Of a stretch of DNA of 64,000 nt, positions 1 through 7,732 are shown piece after piece. The DNA is from Lutibacter sp. (GTDB lineage Bacteria; Bacteroidota; Bacteroidia; Flavobacteriales; Flavobacteriaceae). Each line of letters begins with the position of its first letter. The stretch's first letter is position 1. The notes under the pieces are model-generated. The model saw nothing but the letters and a program-made list of their open reading frames with translations, was not told where the DNA came from and did not search any database. The position numbers and the translations under genes are program-made. The stretch covers positions 80,763 to 144,762 of the forward strand of contig NZ_JAKIUR010000001.1 of assembly GCF_021647475.1 (NCBI RefSeq). The letters are read 5' to 3'.

Positions 1-233
1 AGTAGTTTCTCCGCTTCTTTTACTTTAATTTCTTTTTCCCATTCAAAACGTGAAATTCCGGTTTTGTTACCAATTCCTTTTACGGTAATAAATGCTTGTT
101 GGTTTCTAATCCGAATTCTAACGGTTCGTTCAGGTACTGTAGATAAAAACCCTTGAGAAATTTGATAGCTTTTTACGGCATGTTTTTTAAAACTACCTTT
201 TACTAAAAATTTTCTTTCAATTTCAATTGCCAT
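1..233 (-). CDS. CYTH domain protein (5' part; runs off the window edge)
   Basis: Manual translation from ATG at 233: MAIEIERKFLVKGSF...QGFLSTVPERTVRIRIR...ITVKG...RFEWE. It has the N-terminal ExExK motif of CYTH/triphosphate tunnel metalloenzymes. Not in the ORF track. Confidence 0.88.
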   Translation of the reverse strand, partial: MAIEIERKFLVKGSFKKHAVKSYQISQGFLSTVPERTVRIRIRNQQAFITVKGIGNKTGISRFEWEKEIKVKEAEKL

Positions 234-256
234 TATTAAGTTTTAATTTTATTAAA

Positions 257-426
257 TGTATATCCGTTTTGTGTCATATTTCATATTTATACGTCCTAAA
301 CTCGTTTCAGCATCTCATAGTTTTTACTAATCCCCGATTTGTATTGATGAGACCCTGAAACAAGCCCGCCTGCTGCTGGCAGGTTCAGGGTAACGAACAT
401 TTTATGATTAATTACGGACAATCAAT
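257..426 (-). repeat. ~170-bp REP/REPIN-like element, copy 1
   Basis: Reverse complement aligns with 10051-10225 (TTGATTGTCCGTAATTAATCAT...GTCACCCTGAA...TTGTTTCAGGGT...GACGTATAAATATGAA.TATGACAC.AAACGGATATACA). Carries the 19-nt insert CCCGCCTGCTGCTGGCAGG at 365-383. Confidence 0.9.
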
Positions 427-430
427 TTTA

Positions 431-1717
431 TTATCTGAATTTTACTTCCCACGATATTGATAAAGAATAAATCCAAAAATAATTTCCAGGATCAAAACTA
501 ATTTCTTGATGTGTAATACCAAGAGTGGAACCCCATAAATTTTTATTATTTTTTGATGAGAAATAATACCCTCCACCAAATTTTTGAGAATTTAATTTAA
601 CAATGGCATTTTCATTCCCATTAAAATTAAACCGATCAATTTCCGGCGAATAACCCATACCAACTGAAACGCTAAAATAATTATTAGCGTCGTTTCTATA
701 TTTGCGGTAATTTAAGATTCCAGATTTACTACTACCACTATTATTTGGAGTAATATAAGTTCTAAACGCCCAATAACTATTTCCTGTATACCAAGCAATA
801 GAGCCCGTGTAAATAGTAGTAGTTGAGCTATATTTTAAGGCTCTAAATCCTGCAGAAATTTCAAAACTTTTTGGTAACGATTTATATAATTCCGCTCCGT
901 ACCTAACATCTGGAAACAAAAAAGTATTAGCAAAACCTAAATTAACATAAGCATACAATCCATTAGCAATTCTTGGATATAAATCTACCTCAAACTGCAC
1001 TCCATTTTCTTGAAATCTTCTATTAAAGTTCATTTTTACAATAATGCTTCCATATTTAGTTTGACGACTATATTTTAAAGTATGCAATTGCATAGGATCA
1101 AAAACATCTGAATACAAATCAACAGATGATTTTAATCCAATAGTATTATAACTTAATGCGTCTATAAGACCTTTTTTATATTCAATTGCTTTGCTGTTTT
1201 TTGGGCTATTTAGTAACACTTCCTGAACTGTTTCTAAAGCATCTTCAGGGTTTTTACCGTTTTGTTGTGCTTTTGCTTTTAGCAACAAAATCTCTTCATT
1301 ATTTGGAAAGTGTTTTAGAGCTGATGTTGTTAATTCCAAAGCTTTAAAAGGTGATTCACTCCATAACTCGTTATTTATAGCTGCTATCCAAGTTGTTTTT
1401 CGTTTTGGATCTTTATTAAGCACATTCATAAACTCTTTTCTAGCTTTATTATAATTTCCATCCCAGGAATAAGTACTAGCCAAAAAAGCTCTAATATCAT
1501 TATAATTTGGATATTTGGTTAAAATCAATAACAGCGTATCTTGTGCTTGTTTTCTGTGTTTATTAAACGCTAATTCGCGAGCTACTTTAAATGCAGTATC
1601 TGGGTTTCCAGTAAACTTTTTTTGCTGAGAAAAAACATGAAAAACAGACAAAAAGATTAAAGCGATAGTGAATTTAACAACTAATTTTAACTTTATAGGT
1701 TGCTCATTATATTTCAT
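431..1717 (-). CDS. yaiO: TPR + YaiO-family outer-membrane beta-barrel (polysaccharide-export porin-like)
   Basis: Signal-like N-terminus, TPR-like helices (ARELAFNKHRKQA...YPNYNDIRAFLASTYSWDGNY), then a barrel with the YaiO-like segment DLYPRIANGLYAYVN...FPDVRYGAELY and a C-terminal W-x-V-x-F. Confidence 0.75.
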   Translation of the reverse strand: MKYNEQPIKLKLVVKFTIALIFLSVFHVFSQQKKFTGNPDTAFKVARELAFNKHRKQAQDTLLLILTKYPNYNDIRAFLASTYSWDGNYNKARKEFMNVLNKDPKRKTTWIAAINNELWSESPFKALELTTSALKHFPNNEEILLLKAKAQQNGKNPEDALETVQEVLLNSPKNSKAIEYKKGLIDALSYNTIGLKSSVDLYSDVFDPMQLHTLKYSRQTKYGSIIVKMNFNRRFQENGVQFEVDLYPRIANGLYAYVNLGFANTFLFPDVRYGAELYKSLPKSFEISAGFRALKYSSTTTIYTGSIAWYTGNSYWAFRTYITPNNSGSSKSGILNYRKYRNDANNYFSVSVGMGYSPEIDRFNFNGNENAIVKLNSQKFGGGYYFSSKNNKNLWGSTLGITHQEISFDPGNYFWIYSLSISWEVKFR

Positions 1718-1777
1718 GGATTATTTTTATAGTTTGTCATTCGTAAAAAAACACTACTTATCAATTAAACAAAAAAG

Positions 1778-2332
1778 TTATTCTTGAACTTTCCTACAGT
1801 GATAAATATATTCTGTTGGTATATTTTTTATTGCTTTGATAGTACAATGATTAATAAATATTTTTTGAAATTTTTTGAAATTAAACTTTGTGTATAAAAC
1901 TTGACTATAATAAGCATTGTTGACCAACTTATCATAAGCGTCTTGAATTATTTTATTTCCCTTTTCTTTCGAGAAAAAGGAAAAAGGTATTGACCCAATA
2001 ACTCCATCAACGTTTTCCTTTACATGATTTTTAATGTTTTCTGCCCCATCATTTACTATTATAAGTCTGTCATCATTAATGTTTTTGCGAACATGTTCGC
2101 AAAAACTTTTTTTCACTTCAAATGCATACACCTTTGAAGTTGGTGCTATATTTTTTAATATTTCCCTTGTTATATTACCGTAGCCCATACCAAATTCAAT
2201 AATAATTTTGTGGTCTCCTTTTGGAATATATTTACAAATTTCAATCTCTGCCTTTTTACTGGTTTCATAAATTGCTCCTGTAACAAATAGGTTTTTTGTA
2301 AACGCTAAGGATGTTTTTAATTTCGTAATCAT
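1778..2332 (-). CDS. Class I SAM-dependent methyltransferase, phospholipid N-methyltransferase (PmtA/COG3963)-like
   Basis: SAM motif IIEFGMGYGNIT, acidic AFE motif, DGAENI, and IGSIPFSFF resembling the PmtA S-x-x-P motif. Confidence 0.7.
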   Translation of the reverse strand: MITKLKTSLAFTKNLFVTGAIYETSKKAEIEICKYIPKGDHKIIIEFGMGYGNITREILKNIAPTSKVYAFEVKKSFCEHVRKNINDDRLIIVNDGAENIKNHVKENVDGVIGSIPFSFFSKEKGNKIIQDAYDKLVNNAYYSQVLYTKFNFKKFQKIFINHCTIKAIKNIPTEYIYHCRKVQE

Positions 2333-2376
2333 TCTATTATTTTATAATGAGTGGGTTTTAACGTTAAACTCATCTA

Positions 2377-4791
2377 TTAATTTAAAGATTTTTTAAACGT
2401 TTTATAATCTTTATTATCTGGATATTTAAGCAACAAACTATCCATAATTATTTTTGATTTATTAGTATTTTTTAATCGATTGTATGCCTTTGCCATTTTA
2501 AACCCAATATCCGAATTAGTTAATTTATTTTGTAATGCTTTTTTATAAATTCCAAAAGCTTTTTCATCTTGGTCAGACCACCAATACAAATCTAATAAAG
2601 CCGAATAACTATCAGAATAATATGGATTTCTTTTTGTTACATTTAATAACGTTGATTCTGCTTTTTTATAATTTTTATTCCAAGCATATACTCTTCCTTT
2701 TAAAGTTCTAGCATCATTTTGGTTAGGAAATTCATTTAAGATATAATTACATAATAATATCGCCGTTTTATACTTTTTATTAAATGCATTTTCTCTAGCT
2801 AGATTAAAAATCTGATTAAAATCTAATCCTTTAGTTAACTTTTTAATGGTGGTTAATTCTGTTTTAGAAAATTTAAAGTTTAATTTTCCATAAATATTTA
2901 ATGAGTCTGGATAAATTTTATTTCGTTTAGTTAAGTAGGCATTCAAATTTTTAAATTTATCTAGCGAGTCCTTTATTTCCTCTTGTAACAGGTCTTCTTT
3001 TACTTTGTAAATTCCAAAGTCAGCATTTATTTTATACAAATTACCTGCTGAATAAAAATAATCTTTTAACATATAATCATCAATTTTTCCTTTATATCGC
3101 ATAAATGCAATTTGATGGATGTTTCTAAATTTTTTTGCAGTGTCTAGCCCTGAACTAATCCATGCTACTTCTTTTAACGGATTCATTTTGTAATTATTTA
3201 TCAAAAAAGAAAGTAAACTTGGCGTAATATCCCAATGTGAAGAAACTGATTTAAACGTTTCTGTTTTTTTTAATAAAGGACTTGTAATATACAATGGTAC
3301 ATGAAAACGGCATAATTTATCTTTTTGTGGAATTGGAATTAATCGATGATCTCCTGTAATAATAAAAATGGTGTTTTTGTAATCTGGTCTTTTGGAGTAT
3401 GCTTCCATAAAGTTTTTTATAGAAGTGTCTGTATATAATAAACTAGCAAAAATATCTTTGTATTCTATTACTTTTTCTTTACTTATTTTTAAAACTTTTC
3501 TGGAATTTAAAATACTATCTACTTTTTTTAAATAAGTTTCTTTATTAGGAAAAGTAAAAGGCTCATGATTACTAAGAGTCATAACAATATCTAATCGAGG
3601 TGATTTTTTATGTTGTATAGATACTAACATTTTTTTAAATATTTCTTCATCTGGATAACCCCAAGAGAATCCACCATCATTAGCTTTGGTTATTTTATAT
3701 GCTGAACCGTACTTGCTTTCATCAATTTCATTATCAATTTGATTGTATTCTAAAAAATTAATTTTTCTATCAAATTTAGAAGAACCACCAGAAAAATAAG
3801 ATGTTGTATAGCCATTAGCTTTTAATACACTTATTAAGGATATATGAGATGGCGTATTTTGTATTTCTAAGAAACCTTTATCACCGAAAGGCAAAGAGGC
3901 TGTTATAGATGGTAACGACCCAAAACTTCTACCCGCATTACTTAAAAAATTTTCCCAATACAACGATTTTGGTATTAAGGAATCTAAATATGGGGTAAAC
4001 CCTGCATACTTATGAGTGCCGATAAACTCACCTCCCAATCCTTCAACTATTATAATTACTATGTTTGGTTTAGTTTCTGTAATATTAAAAAATGGTTTTA
4101 AAACATCTTTTATTTTTGAAGAAGGTTCTAATAAAGGGTAATCATTTCTACTATATAAGTTTGCGTTGGTTCTGTGTTTTTCAGCTTGAAAATTAATTAT
4201 ATCAGTAGTTAGATATTGTATTTTATTTTGAAACTGCTCATTAGAAGCATTTGGTAATGCTAATTTTAAGCTACCAAATAACAAAACCATTAAAATTGTA
4301 ATAATCAAAATTTGAGATGGTAATACTCGTTTTTTAAGTAAAAAATAAACCCCATAAAAAAAACCAATTAATATTAATAATGGCAATATGGTAATAAATG
4401 ATAAAGATATTGATGTGGTTACGGTTGCATAAATATCATCATACGAATACCCTAATAAATCTGCTCCTAAATTAACATGAGTGGTTAAGCTATATTTTAC
4501 TAAAGCTGCTTGTATAAATAAAATAATTAAAAATAGCACTTGAAATATTATAATTACACGTTTTTTAAAAATTACACTACACATCCATAACAACGGAAAA
4601 AGGACAATTCCAAGAATAACAATTGCCCAAAAATCATTTATTAATTTATACATTAAGATTACAAAAACAGAAAATTGTGTATTATACTCCGTTAAAGTCC
4701 ATTCTAAAAAGCTGCCCGACCATACTAATATTAGTGCTGTAAATAAAATATATGCATAGCTATATAATAATTTTGAATTAAGCGTTTTCAT
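2377..4791 (-). CDS. LTA-synthase-family (alkaline phosphatase/sulfatase fold) membrane transferase with C-terminal TPR domain
   Basis: About five N-terminal TM helices; PNIVIIIVEGLG metal ligand; NAGRS putative nucleophile; SNHEPF and TGDH metal ligands; C-terminal TPRs. Confidence 0.85.
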   Translation of the reverse strand: MKTLNSKLLYSYAYILFTALILVWSGSFLEWTLTEYNTQFSVFVILMYKLINDFWAIVILGIVLFPLLWMCSVIFKKRVIIIFQVLFLIILFIQAALVKYSLTTHVNLGADLLGYSYDDIYATVTTSISLSFITILPLLILIGFFYGVYFLLKKRVLPSQILIITILMVLLFGSLKLALPNASNEQFQNKIQYLTTDIINFQAEKHRTNANLYSRNDYPLLEPSSKIKDVLKPFFNITETKPNIVIIIVEGLGGEFIGTHKYAGFTPYLDSLIPKSLYWENFLSNAGRSFGSLPSITASLPFGDKGFLEIQNTPSHISLISVLKANGYTTSYFSGGSSKFDRKINFLEYNQIDNEIDESKYGSAYKITKANDGGFSWGYPDEEIFKKMLVSIQHKKSPRLDIVMTLSNHEPFTFPNKETYLKKVDSILNSRKVLKISKEKVIEYKDIFASLLYTDTSIKNFMEAYSKRPDYKNTIFIITGDHRLIPIPQKDKLCRFHVPLYITSPLLKKTETFKSVSSHWDITPSLLSFLINNYKMNPLKEVAWISSGLDTAKKFRNIHQIAFMRYKGKIDDYMLKDYFYSAGNLYKINADFGIYKVKEDLLQEEIKDSLDKFKNLNAYLTKRNKIYPDSLNIYGKLNFKFSKTELTTIKKLTKGLDFNQIFNLARENAFNKKYKTAILLCNYILNEFPNQNDARTLKGRVYAWNKNYKKAESTLLNVTKRNPYYSDSYSALLDLYWWSDQDEKAFGIYKKALQNKLTNSDIGFKMAKAYNRLKNTNKSKIIMDSLLLKYPDNKDYKTFKKSLN

Positions 4792-4805
4792 ATTAATTTA
4801 ATCCT

Positions 4806-6242
4806 TTATTTAGTAATATTTCCCATCCCTTTTCTTGTCATTTCTCCCCATCTTTTCTTTTTATTAAAAAAATAATCTAAGTTTCCTTTAACAGCTGCGT
4901 ATAAAATAAATGGATGCAGCACAAACGGCTCAATTAAACTGATGAGTACTAATTTAAATCCTGATCCTTTTTTTTTGTATTGATGATACGTTAATTCTTC
5001 AGAATAAATTGCCCCTAATGATAATAAAACAGTAAACATGTAAGCTAAAATAAAAAATGCTAAAGCATAATCCCATTTCACTTCCCTTAATATTATTAAA
5101 ATTCCAAAATAAATAATACCTATAACCTCTATAACTGGAGCAAATCTCTCAAAAATTAACCAATAAGGATAACTTAGCAACCCTAAATTTCTATAATTTG
5201 AGTTAAAAGCTATCTTTCGATGTTTTCTTAAAACTTCAATAGTTCCACGAGTCCATCTATTACGTTGAGAAATAAATGTTTTGTAATTATCTGGAGCTTC
5301 CGTCCAACATAAAGGATCTGGAATATAAGCTACTTTATAATTCATATTTTGTTCCTCTAATTGTCTCCGCATTCGCACAATAATTTCCATATCTTCTCCA
5401 ACCGTAGAAGTATCATATCCCCCAATTTGAATTGCAATTTTTTTATGAAACATCCCAAAGGCACCTGAGATAACTAACAAACCATTTAATCTACTCCAAG
5501 CCATTCTCCCTAATAAAAAAGATCGTAAATATTCAAGTATTTGGGCTTTTTCTATAAGTTTATTTGGCAAATTTACTTCCATTAATTTACCATCTTTAAT
5601 AATACTGTTATTTACTATTCTAATAACGCCACCTGTTGCTACTACTTTTTTATTGGTAACTTCTAAAAAGGGTTTTACCATTTTTTGTAAAGCGTCTTCT
5701 AACAATAAACAATCTACATCAATACAAGCTACATATTTACTGTTACTAATATTCAAACCCATATTTAAAGCATCTGCTTTTCCTCCATTTTCTTTGTCTA
5801 TGACTATCAACTTTTCAAAAGCAGGATTTGTAGATTTAAAAACTCCTTTACGTAATGGTTTCGTTTTCAATTGTGGATTTATCAAGTACTTTACTTTTAC
5901 TAAATCATAAGCTTTTATTAATAATTCTAAGCTGTTATCCTTACTTCCATCATTTACTATAATAACATCATAATTTGCATAATGATTTGACAATAATGAT
6001 CGAACATTTTCAACAATATTTAATCTTTCATTATATGCTGGTGCAATAATTGAAATGGAAGGTGCAATATTTGAAGAAAGTATTTTTGTGTAATCAACAA
6101 AATTATTTTTTTTAAAATAATCAATGGTTTCAAAAGCTGAAATTATAGACAAAATAATATAGGAAGAAATAGCCAAAAAAGCATAGGTAAAAAACAAGTA
6201 ATGTATTACTTGAATTATAGCATTTAAGGTAATTGTATTCAT
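4806..6242 (-). CDS. Processive GT2 glycosyltransferase (PgaC/IcaA/YaiP-like polysaccharide synthase)
   Basis: APAYNE, NDGSKD, NGGKADALN, IDVD (DxD), SGAFGMF, GEDME and QRNRW (QxxRW) motifs, with N- and C-terminal TM helices. Confidence 0.92.
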   Translation of the reverse strand: MNTITLNAIIQVIHYLFFTYAFLAISSYIILSIISAFETIDYFKKNNFVDYTKILSSNIAPSISIIAPAYNERLNIVENVRSLLSNHYANYDVIIVNDGSKDNSLELLIKAYDLVKVKYLINPQLKTKPLRKGVFKSTNPAFEKLIVIDKENGGKADALNMGLNISNSKYVACIDVDCLLLEDALQKMVKPFLEVTNKKVVATGGVIRIVNNSIIKDGKLMEVNLPNKLIEKAQILEYLRSFLLGRMAWSRLNGLLVISGAFGMFHKKIAIQIGGYDTSTVGEDMEIIVRMRRQLEEQNMNYKVAYIPDPLCWTEAPDNYKTFISQRNRWTRGTIEVLRKHRKIAFNSNYRNLGLLSYPYWLIFERFAPVIEVIGIIYFGILIILREVKWDYALAFFILAYMFTVLLSLGAIYSEELTYHQYKKKGSGFKLVLISLIEPFVLHPFILYAAVKGNLDYFFNKKKRWGEMTRKGMGNITK

Positions 6243-6245
6243 ACA

Positions 6246-7346
6246 TTAATTATTTTGAATAAATTTTAAAATGTTATTGTCAAAATTGTTATTCTTTTTT
6301 AATAAATTATTAAAAGACTTCTCACTAATGTTTTTCAGCATTTTTAATGCGGAATATTGAATCTCAAAATTGTTATTGGTACTATTTTCAATAATAAAAT
6401 CCTCGTCATTAGGTTCGTAAATATTTTCAAACATTTTTAAAGTTGCAATTTGTTCTTCTAAACTTCTCACTTTGAAACTATTTTTCAAAATTTCTTTAGC
6501 ATCTAAAACTTGTAAATGCGTTATAACATCAATAACTTGTAATCTTATTTTTTGATTTGTGTGATTTAATAATTGTATCAGAGTATCAACGATTTCATAC
6601 TTATTATAAATTTTAGCTAATTTTAATGAAAACAACACCACAGTTTCATTTTTAGATTTTAGCCAAGGAGTAATATCTGGAATTTCTTGATTCTCGAAAT
6701 GTTTTAATTCTTCCAACAACTCAATTTGATCCCATTCGGATAAGTTAACTTTTAAATTATTTAAAAATTCGAGACCTTCAAAATGAAATAGGCTAACTAA
6801 ATATAACTCCACTTCTTTACGAACTTCTTTTTTAGGATGTTTTAGTAATTTTTTTACCTCAGGATAGGCTTCTTTAACTTTAAATTGTGCAAGCTCTTTA
6901 ATTCCATTAGCTACTATGTACCGTTTTTTACTTTTTATTTGCTGATATGCATATTCTTTTAAATTAGATTTTAAATATAAATTTTGAATAGCCCTTTCAA
7001 TTTCTCCTGAAACTTCGTTTTTCAATTTTAATAAAGTTTCTACTATGATTTTTCGTTTAAAATCATCGTTTATTTTACTTTGAATGATTTTAATAAACTC
7101 ATTTTGATGTTCACTTAATTCATTATCATTTGATTCTTCAAACAAATAAGATAATAAGAGCCCTTCGTACTTATGTTGTAATTTAATTTTTAATACTTCT
7201 TTTTTTCTTAATAAATTTCTTAAAAACTTTAAATAAATCGATAAGGTGATTACAATGCAAGCTAAAAAAGAACTCAAAATCCAAACCAATTGTAATTCAA
7301 TTGGCAATTGCTGAAAATAATTTTGAAGAATTTTAAAAGTTTCCAA
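6246..7346 (-). CDS. Membrane-anchored HEAT-repeat protein
   Basis: One N-terminal TM (LVWILSSFLACIVITLSIYL) followed by HEAT-like repeats (KKLLKHPKKEVRKEV, QLLNHTNQKIRLQVI). TTG start. Confidence 0.75.
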   Translation of the reverse strand: METFKILQNYFQQLPIELQLVWILSSFLACIVITLSIYLKFLRNLLRKKEVLKIKLQHKYEGLLLSYLFEESNDNELSEHQNEFIKIIQSKINDDFKRKIIVETLLKLKNEVSGEIERAIQNLYLKSNLKEYAYQQIKSKKRYIVANGIKELAQFKVKEAYPEVKKLLKHPKKEVRKEVELYLVSLFHFEGLEFLNNLKVNLSEWDQIELLEELKHFENQEIPDITPWLKSKNETVVLFSLKLAKIYNKYEIVDTLIQLLNHTNQKIRLQVIDVITHLQVLDAKEILKNSFKVRSLEEQIATLKMFENIYEPNDEDFIIENSTNNNFEIQYSALKMLKNISEKSFNNLLKKNNNFDNNILKFIQNN

Positions 7347-7363
7347 GTTAAAACGGTTTGGGA

Positions 7364-7732
7364 TTAGATTAATATTCTTTTAATTCTAATTATTAATTCA
7401 TTGGGACTAAAAGGTTTTGCCATAAAATCAGTTGCCCCCAAATTAAAGGCTTTTAACACCATTTCTTCTTGCCCAGCCGCAGAAAAAACAATAATTGGAG
7501 TTTCTAACTTTAATTTATTTTTTACGTGGCTTATCACTTCTAAACCACTAATAAATGGCATCATAATATCTGTTAGAATTAAATTTGGATTATGTTTTTC
7601 AATAAGTTCAATAGCTTGTTTTCCATCTTGAGCTATAAAAGCAGTATATCCTTCTTTTTGAAGTCTAAATTTTAATAATTGAGATAATGTGGTGTTATCT
7701 TCTGCTAAAACAATATTTTTTGTTTCGTTCAT
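7364..7732 (-). CDS. Single-domain response regulator (REC only)
   Basis: LAEDN, ILTDIMMP phospho-acceptor Asp, AKPF; no output domain. Confidence 0.93.
   Translation of the reverse strand: MNETKNIVLAEDNTTLSQLLKFRLQKEGYTAFIAQDGKQAIELIEKHNPNLILTDIMMPFISGLEVISHVKNKLKLETPIIVFSAAGQEEMVLKAFNLGATDFMAKPFSPNELIIRIKRILI

Noticed and set aside
1-233. CYTH gene as an adenylate cyclase regulating the EPS operon
   Set aside because: Most CYTH proteins are triphosphatases, the gene is separated from the operon by a repeat element, and only its 5' part is visible.
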